Below are positions 35,248 to 39,394 of a stretch of DNA of 39,394 bases, one piece after another. A program made the position numbers and the translations under genes. Numbering within the stretch: position 1 is the stretch's first letter; each line of letters begins with the position of its first letter. This DNA comes from Dehalococcoidia bacterium. GTDB taxonomy: Bacteria; Chloroflexota; Dehalococcoidia; Dehalococcoidales; RBG-16-60-22. The stretch covers positions 1 to 39,394 of the forward strand of contig JBGPRB010000002.1 of the NCBI GenBank assembly GCA_041489355.1. The letters are read 5' to 3'. The notes beneath the pieces were generated by a model that worked only from the letters and a program-made list of their open reading frames with translations, had not been told where the DNA came from and searched no databases.

Positions 35248-36360
35248 ATGCAGACTCTTCGGAAAAAAGAACCAGGAACAAATAAAAGTTTTGACCTGCT
35301 CAATAAAATATGGAGGGAAGTAGGTTCCGCCAAGCAGTTAGATACTATAATTACCAGTATCACGCAGATGGCCCGATATGCCCTCAATGCCTCGTTCTCA
35401 TCAATGTATCTTCTTGACGAAAAAAGTCATGAGCTGTTCTTGAGATGTACCAATGGTCCGATAGAAAATCAAATCAGGCGATTTCAAATGAATAATCAGG
35501 CTGGGATTACCGGCTGGGTAGCCCAGAACGGCCAGCCATTAATAGTCAATGATGTTAACAAAGACCCGCGCTTTAATAAATTAGTTGACGAAATTTATGG
35601 TTTCCCTACGAAGTCAATAATTTGTGTCCCGCTGATCGTTCACCGTGAAGTTATCGGTATCATCAAAGTAATTAATAAAGAGGGAGGCACTGATTTCGGC
35701 TGGCAGGACCTGCAAACCATGATGGCGGTAGCCGCAACGGCGGCGCTGACGGTAGAAAATCTCAAATTAAACGAATGCTTACAGGATTCTTATAAAAGTA
35801 CCGTCAACGCATTGGTGTCATTATCTGATACCAAGGAAATCACCGGTGGCGGCCACTCAAAACGCGTCGCCCAATATGCCCTTATGGGAGCAACTAATCT
35901 TTCTCTCTCGGAAGAAGAGAAACGAAATATTGAGTATGCGGCCATTCTTCATGACATCGGTAAACTCGCTATCCCCGATAGCATATTGAACAAGTCCGGT
36001 ACCTTAACTCACGAGGAATGGAGAGTATTGCGCAGTCACCCGCAGATAAGTTTCAATCTACTTAAATTAATCCCCTTTCTTGTAGAAGCCAGCCGGCTCA
36101 TTCTCTGTCACCACGAGAGGTATGACGGTATGGGGTATCCCTATGGGCTAAAAGGGGAAGCTATACCTCTTGGAGCTCGCTTGATAGCAGTCGCAGACGC
36201 TTTTGACAATATGACTACGGAGCACGCTTACCGCGCGGCAATCAGTACCAGAGACGCCTTTGTAGAGTTAGGTAAATGCGTGGGTAGTCAATTCTGCCCT
36301 GTTGCGGTAAAAGCATTCTACGCCGGCTTTCTCCGCACTCACCCTTCAGCCAAGCAATAA
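35248..36360 (+). CDS. GAF domain + HD-GYP domain protein (putative c-di-GMP phosphodiesterase)
   Basis: AAGGAG RBS. GAF (GITGWVAQNGQPLIVNDV..DPRF). HD-GYP signatures HSKRV, ILHDIGK and HHERYDGMGYPYG. Confidence 0.85.
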   Translation: MQTLRKKEPGTNKSFDLLNKIWREVGSAKQLDTIITSITQMARYALNASFSSMYLLDEKSHELFLRCTNGPIENQIRRFQMNNQAGITGWVAQNGQPLIVNDVNKDPRFNKLVDEIYGFPTKSIICVPLIVHREVIGIIKVINKEGGTDFGWQDLQTMMAVAATAALTVENLKLNECLQDSYKSTVNALVSLSDTKEITGGGHSKRVAQYALMGATNLSLSEEEKRNIEYAAILHDIGKLAIPDSILNKSGTLTHEEWRVLRSHPQISFNLLKLIPFLVEASRLILCHHERYDGMGYPYGLKGEAIPLGARLIAVADAFDNMTTEHAYRAAISTRDAFVELGKCVGSQFCPVAVKAFYAGFLRTHPSAKQ

Positions 36361-36450
36361 CCACCAGGCTGCAGGAAGTAGTGCTATCTATACAGAAGTA
36401 CTACGAACCGATTGAACCAAAACCCCGACTGCGCTATCTATTCAACCTCT

Positions 36451-36479
36451 TTGACCACCCGATATTTAAGTGCTAGAAT
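36451..36479 (+). promoter_or_regulatory. Putative promoter TTGACC-17-(TGc)TAGAAT for yebC-ruvCA
   Basis: Near-consensus hexamers with an extended -10 TG, 41 nt upstream of the yebC ATG. Confidence 0.5.
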
Positions 36480-36519
36480 TATCATCTAGGGGGATTCGAG
36501 GTTAAGGAGGAATACGGCG

Positions 36520-37272
36520 ATGTCTGGACATTCTAAGTGGTCTAAGATAAAGCATCAAAAAGGTGTTGACGATGTCAAGAGGGGTAACCTTTTTACCAAA
36601 CTGACCCGGGAGATAATAATAGCCTCACGCGAAGGTGGCAGCAGTCCCGACGGCAACTTCCGTTTACGTCTGGCCATCCAGAAAGCACGCGATAGTAACA
36701 TGCCCCTGGATAATATCGATAGAGCCATCAAGAAAGGCAGCGGCGAGCTTGGGGGAGGCAGCCTGATCGAGATGGTACTTGAAGGCTACGGACCCAGCGG
36801 CATAGCCGTAATGGTCAATGCCCTCTCGGACAATCGCAACCGGACCGTCCAGGAGGTGCGGAGCACGTTTACCCGTCACGGCGGCAGTCTGGGAGAAAGC
36901 GGCTGCGTCTCCTGGATTTTCGAGTCCCGCGGCGTTATTAATATCAAAGCTGAAAATGTCGATGCCGACGAACTGGCTCTTACCGCCATTGACCTCGGCG
37001 CGGAGGATGTCCAGGTGGAAAGTGGCATTGTTGAAGTATATACCAAGCCGGACGCCCTGGAAAAAGTACGGGCAGCCTTAGAAGCGAAAAAAATCGCCAT
37101 CGAATCGAGCGAGCTGCAAATGGTACCGAAGACTCTGGTTAAACTCGATGAAAAAGCCGCCGTGCAGGCGCTGAAGCTGCTGGATAGACTTGAGGAAATT
37201 GACGACATCCAGAACGTGTACAGCAATGCCGATATCCCCGATTCCGTCCTGGCGAGCTTGCAGACCTCATAA
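36520..37272 (+). CDS. yebC: YebC/PmpR-family transcriptional regulator
   Basis: MSGHSKWSKIKHQKG...RLAIQKAR..NMP.DNI.RAIKKG. Confidence 0.93.
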   Translation: MSGHSKWSKIKHQKGVDDVKRGNLFTKLTREIIIASREGGSSPDGNFRLRLAIQKARDSNMPLDNIDRAIKKGSGELGGGSLIEMVLEGYGPSGIAVMVNALSDNRNRTVQEVRSTFTRHGGSLGESGCVSWIFESRGVINIKAENVDADELALTAIDLGAEDVQVESGIVEVYTKPDALEKVRAALEAKKIAIESSELQMVPKTLVKLDEKAAVQALKLLDRLEEIDDIQNVYSNADIPDSVLASLQTS

Positions 37273-37326
37273 TTTTTATTACTGATTTTATAAGCCTTAC
37301 CTCCAGGAATCGCCTTAGAATATGAA

Positions 37327-37833
37327 ATGAAAATATTAGGAATCGACCCGGGCACGGTGGTGATGGGCTACGGTGTGATAGAGAGCGAGAATGATGAACT
37401 AGCCCTGGTTGATTTCGGTGCTATCACCGTCCCGAAACGCTACAAAATCGGCGAACGTTTGAATTACCTCTATAAAGAGCTTCTTAAAGTTATCCAGCGC
37501 CACCACCCGGATGCCGTCGCCGTGGAGCAGCCTTTTATCGCCAAAAACGTGAGGTCGGCCATGGCTATCGGCCGCGCCCAGGCGATAGCCCTCCTGGCCG
37601 CCGCCAGTAAGGGCATCCCGACCTATGAATACACGCCGGCGCAGGTTAAGCAGCGAGTGGCCAACTACGGTGCCAGCAGCAAAGAGCAGATTCAGGAGAT
37701 GGTCAGACTCCAGCTCGGCCTGGCGGAAGTGCCCCAGCCGAACGATGCCGCCGATGCCCTAGCGGTAGCTCTCTGCCACGTACAGGAGATGCATATCAAC
37801 AACCTGCTCGCCAGACAGAAGGAACGAGAATGA
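37327..37833 (+). CDS. ruvC: Holliday junction resolvase RuvC
   Basis: ILGIDPG, VEQPF and [14 protein letters not shown] catalytic acidic residues. Confidence 0.93.
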   Translation: MKILGIDPGTVVMGYGVIESENDELALVDFGAITVPKRYKIGERLNYLYKELLKVIQRHHPDAVAVEQPFIAKNVRSAMAIGRAQAIALLAAASKGIPTYEYTPAQVKQRVANYGASSKEQIQEMVRLQLGLAEVPQPNDAADALAVALCHVQEMHINNLLARQKERE

Positions 37834-38414
37834 TAGCCAGCCTTAACGGTAAAATGGAGTCGCTGGGGGGCGATTCGGCGATTATCAACGTGGGGGGCAT
37901 CGGCTTCAGGGTATATATGCCCACCACCGTCCTGAGCACACTGGGGAAACCGGGCGATACTGTCAAGGTCTACACCCACATGCACGTGCGCGAGGACAAT
38001 ATCGCCCTTTACGGCTTCGCCTCCACCGAGGAACTGTGGCTCTTCGAGACGCTCCTCGGGGTAACCGGACTGGGTCCAAAGCTGTCACTGGCGATGCTTT
38101 CGGCGCTGAGCCCGGAGCAGATTACCATGGCCATCGCCACCGGCAGCATCGATATGCTGGACATGATTCCCGGCATCGGCAAGAAGGTGGCCAGCCGCAT
38201 CATCCTGGAACTCAAGGAGAAAATCGGCGCGGGGTGGGTCATCAGTCCAGCTACCCAGATAGCCAAGGAGAATACGGACGTGCTGGCGGCGCTGACCTCC
38301 CTCGGGTATTCCGCGGCGGAGGCTGTCAGAGCCGTGGGCGCCCTGCCCGCCGACCGTGAGCTCAAGCTGGAGGAGAAGGTGAAGCTGGCTTTGCAATACC
38401 TCGGGAGCAGTTAA
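37830..38414 (+). CDS. ruvA: Holliday junction branch migration protein RuvA
   Basis: OB fold N-terminus. Two HhH motifs ([32 protein letters not shown]). Domain III. ATGA overlap with ruvC. Confidence 0.93.
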   Translation: MIASLNGKMESLGGDSAIINVGGIGFRVYMPTTVLSTLGKPGDTVKVYTHMHVREDNIALYGFASTEELWLFETLLGVTGLGPKLSLAMLSALSPEQITMAIATGSIDMLDMIPGIGKKVASRIILELKEKIGAGWVISPATQIAKENTDVLAALTSLGYSAAEAVRAVGALPADRELKLEEKVKLALQYLGSS

Positions 38415-38525
38415 GGGAAAGCACACACGCGACAAAACCGCAATATTTTTTTTAGGGAAACAAATCGAGGCTGGGCAGGCGTGAATCGTTTTTAGAGTTA
38501 TGTTAAGTGATTGGAGGGTAGGACT

Positions 38526-38650
38526 GGATTCCAGCCTGCGCTGGAATGACAACAGGGGTATAACAGATTGCTTCGCTACGCTCGTAATGACAGAGTCGGA
38601 AATAGAGATTGCCACGTCGTCCCGACTACATCGGGACTCCTCGCAATGAC
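38526..38650 (-). repeat. Three tandem family B repeats in inverted orientation (38526-38551, 38566-38592, 38607-38650)
   Basis: GGATTCCAGCctgcGCTGGAATGACA; GATTGCTTCGCTACGCTCGTAATGACA; GATTGCCACGTCGTCCCGActacaTCGGGACTCCTCGCAATGAC. Confidence 0.75.
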
Positions 38651-38662
38651 GGAGGGAGAGTT

Positions 38663-39103
38663 TTGAAGGCATCTGAGGGAAAAATCGGGAGGGTGTTCGT
38701 TTTGAGGCTGGAGGACGGGGACATGGTTCCAGAGGGAATCGAGAGGTTCGCCGCGGAGAAGGGGATAAAGGCGGGGCAGGTGATTTTGATAGGGGGTATC
38801 GGGGGAGGTCAGGTGGTGGTGGGGCCGAGGAACTCGGATGAAATGCCGCCCGACCCCATGCTGTTGCCGGTGGACGGCGCACACGAGGTGGTGGGGGTGG
38901 GCATCATCGCCCCGGATAAGGACGGTAAGCCGGTGCTGCACATCCACGCATCTCTGGGCCGCGCCGGGCGGACTTTGACGGGCTGCCTGAGGCCGGGGGT
39001 GAAGACCTGGCTGGTGGGCGAGGCGATAATTTACGAGATTACGGGGACGAAAGCCAAGCGCCTAAACGACCCTAAAAGCGGGTTTGATTTGATGGAGGTA
39101 TAG
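38663..39103 (+). CDS. PPC/DUF296-like domain protein (tentative)
   Basis: I prefer the TTG start at 38663 (GGAGGGAG upstream). The first 18 ORF-track codons are just a translated family B repeat. GRVFVLRLEDGDMVPEGIERFAAEKGI..G.V..IGG pattern. Confidence 0.55.
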   Translation: MKASEGKIGRVFVLRLEDGDMVPEGIERFAAEKGIKAGQVILIGGIGGGQVVVGPRNSDEMPPDPMLLPVDGAHEVVGVGIIAPDKDGKPVLHIHASLGRAGRTLTGCLRPGVKTWLVGEAIIYEITGTKAKRLNDPKSGFDLMEV

Positions 39104-39149
39104 GTGGGAGGGGAGAGTTAAACTTACACAACTATAAGAAGGATAATAA

Positions 39150-39394
39150 ATGGATATTGACCTGACGCTATTAAGAGAAAGTATAAATAGAAGCGCTGAA
39201 TACACAAAAAGTCAATTACAAAGTATTGATCATAATTTATTATTTGGCTCGATACTTACACTAGTGGCTTCTTTCAGTATAAGTATTTTTCTTGATATAT
39301 TAATTTATTGGATCCCTGCTTCTTTTATACTAATGTTTTTATGGACAATCTACACATATATTATTTCCATAGGTAAGAGAGGGAAGAAAACACC
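39150..39394 (+). CDS. Hypothetical membrane protein, 3' end outside window
   Basis: Open frame with no stop to the window edge. AAGGA lies 6 nt upstream. About 29 % G+C in the first 100 nt. Two hydrophobic stretches are present. Confidence 0.35.
   Translation, partial: MDIDLTLLRESINRSAEYTKSQLQSIDHNLLFGSILTLVASFSISIFLDILIYWIPASFILMFLWTIYTYIISIGKRGKKT

Noticed and set aside
38415-38662. Absence of ruvB after ruvA considered as a deletion or pseudogene
   Set aside because: No ruvB-like frame remnants are visible in any frame. The space is filled by family B repeats. ruvB is probably encoded elsewhere, so this is not evidence of gene decay.
38085-38882. 265-aa minus-strand ORF; also 38576-38947(-)
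   Set aside because: They are antisense to ruvA and run through three family B repeats. The sequences are Pro/Ser/Arg-rich with no domain features.

Overview
This 39.4-kb chromosomal segment is roughly 55-60 % G+C by eye. About 45 protein genes and one tRNA lie on both strands. The backbone is housekeeping: dnaX(partial)-ybaB-recR, recO, lysS, serS, tRNA-Ser(UGA), radC, prfB (with the classical +1 frameshift), nfi, rimI and yebC-ruvC-ruvA. ruvB does not follow ruvA. Accessory material lies between these genes. (1) A minus-strand type IV pilus locus spans 23438-34796. It has no secretin, no retraction ATPase and no prepilin peptidase in the window. Its core is a 10-gene operon that opens with a soluble REC-PAS-histidine kinase carrying a 416-residue tandem 25-mer coiled-coil insert. 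Next comes a TadZ/CpaE-like protein with a degenerate receiver and a degenerate Walker A. The operon then encodes pilB (with an MshEN-type c-di-GMP motif), pilC, three minor pilins, pilO and a pilM-pilN fusion. A major pilin gene, a small HTH gene and a divergent GAF-HD-GYP gene flank it. (2) A hicAB toxin-antitoxin cassette is bracketed by a direct duplication of the 3' end of a Ca2+/H+ antiporter gene. (3) A low-G+C three-gene insert sits between recR and recO. (4) At least 20 copies of short hairpin-forming intergenic repeats are present, in three sequence families. They include arrays and one apparent nested insertion. (5) A very low-G+C partial gene sits at the right edge. No CRISPR array, rRNA, integrase or transposase gene was seen. 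Taxonomic origin cannot be established from the sequence alone. The monoderm-style pilus and the gene content suggest an environmental anaerobe, possibly Chloroflexota-like, but that is only a guess. All functional calls rest on motifs I recognise by eye, not on searches.
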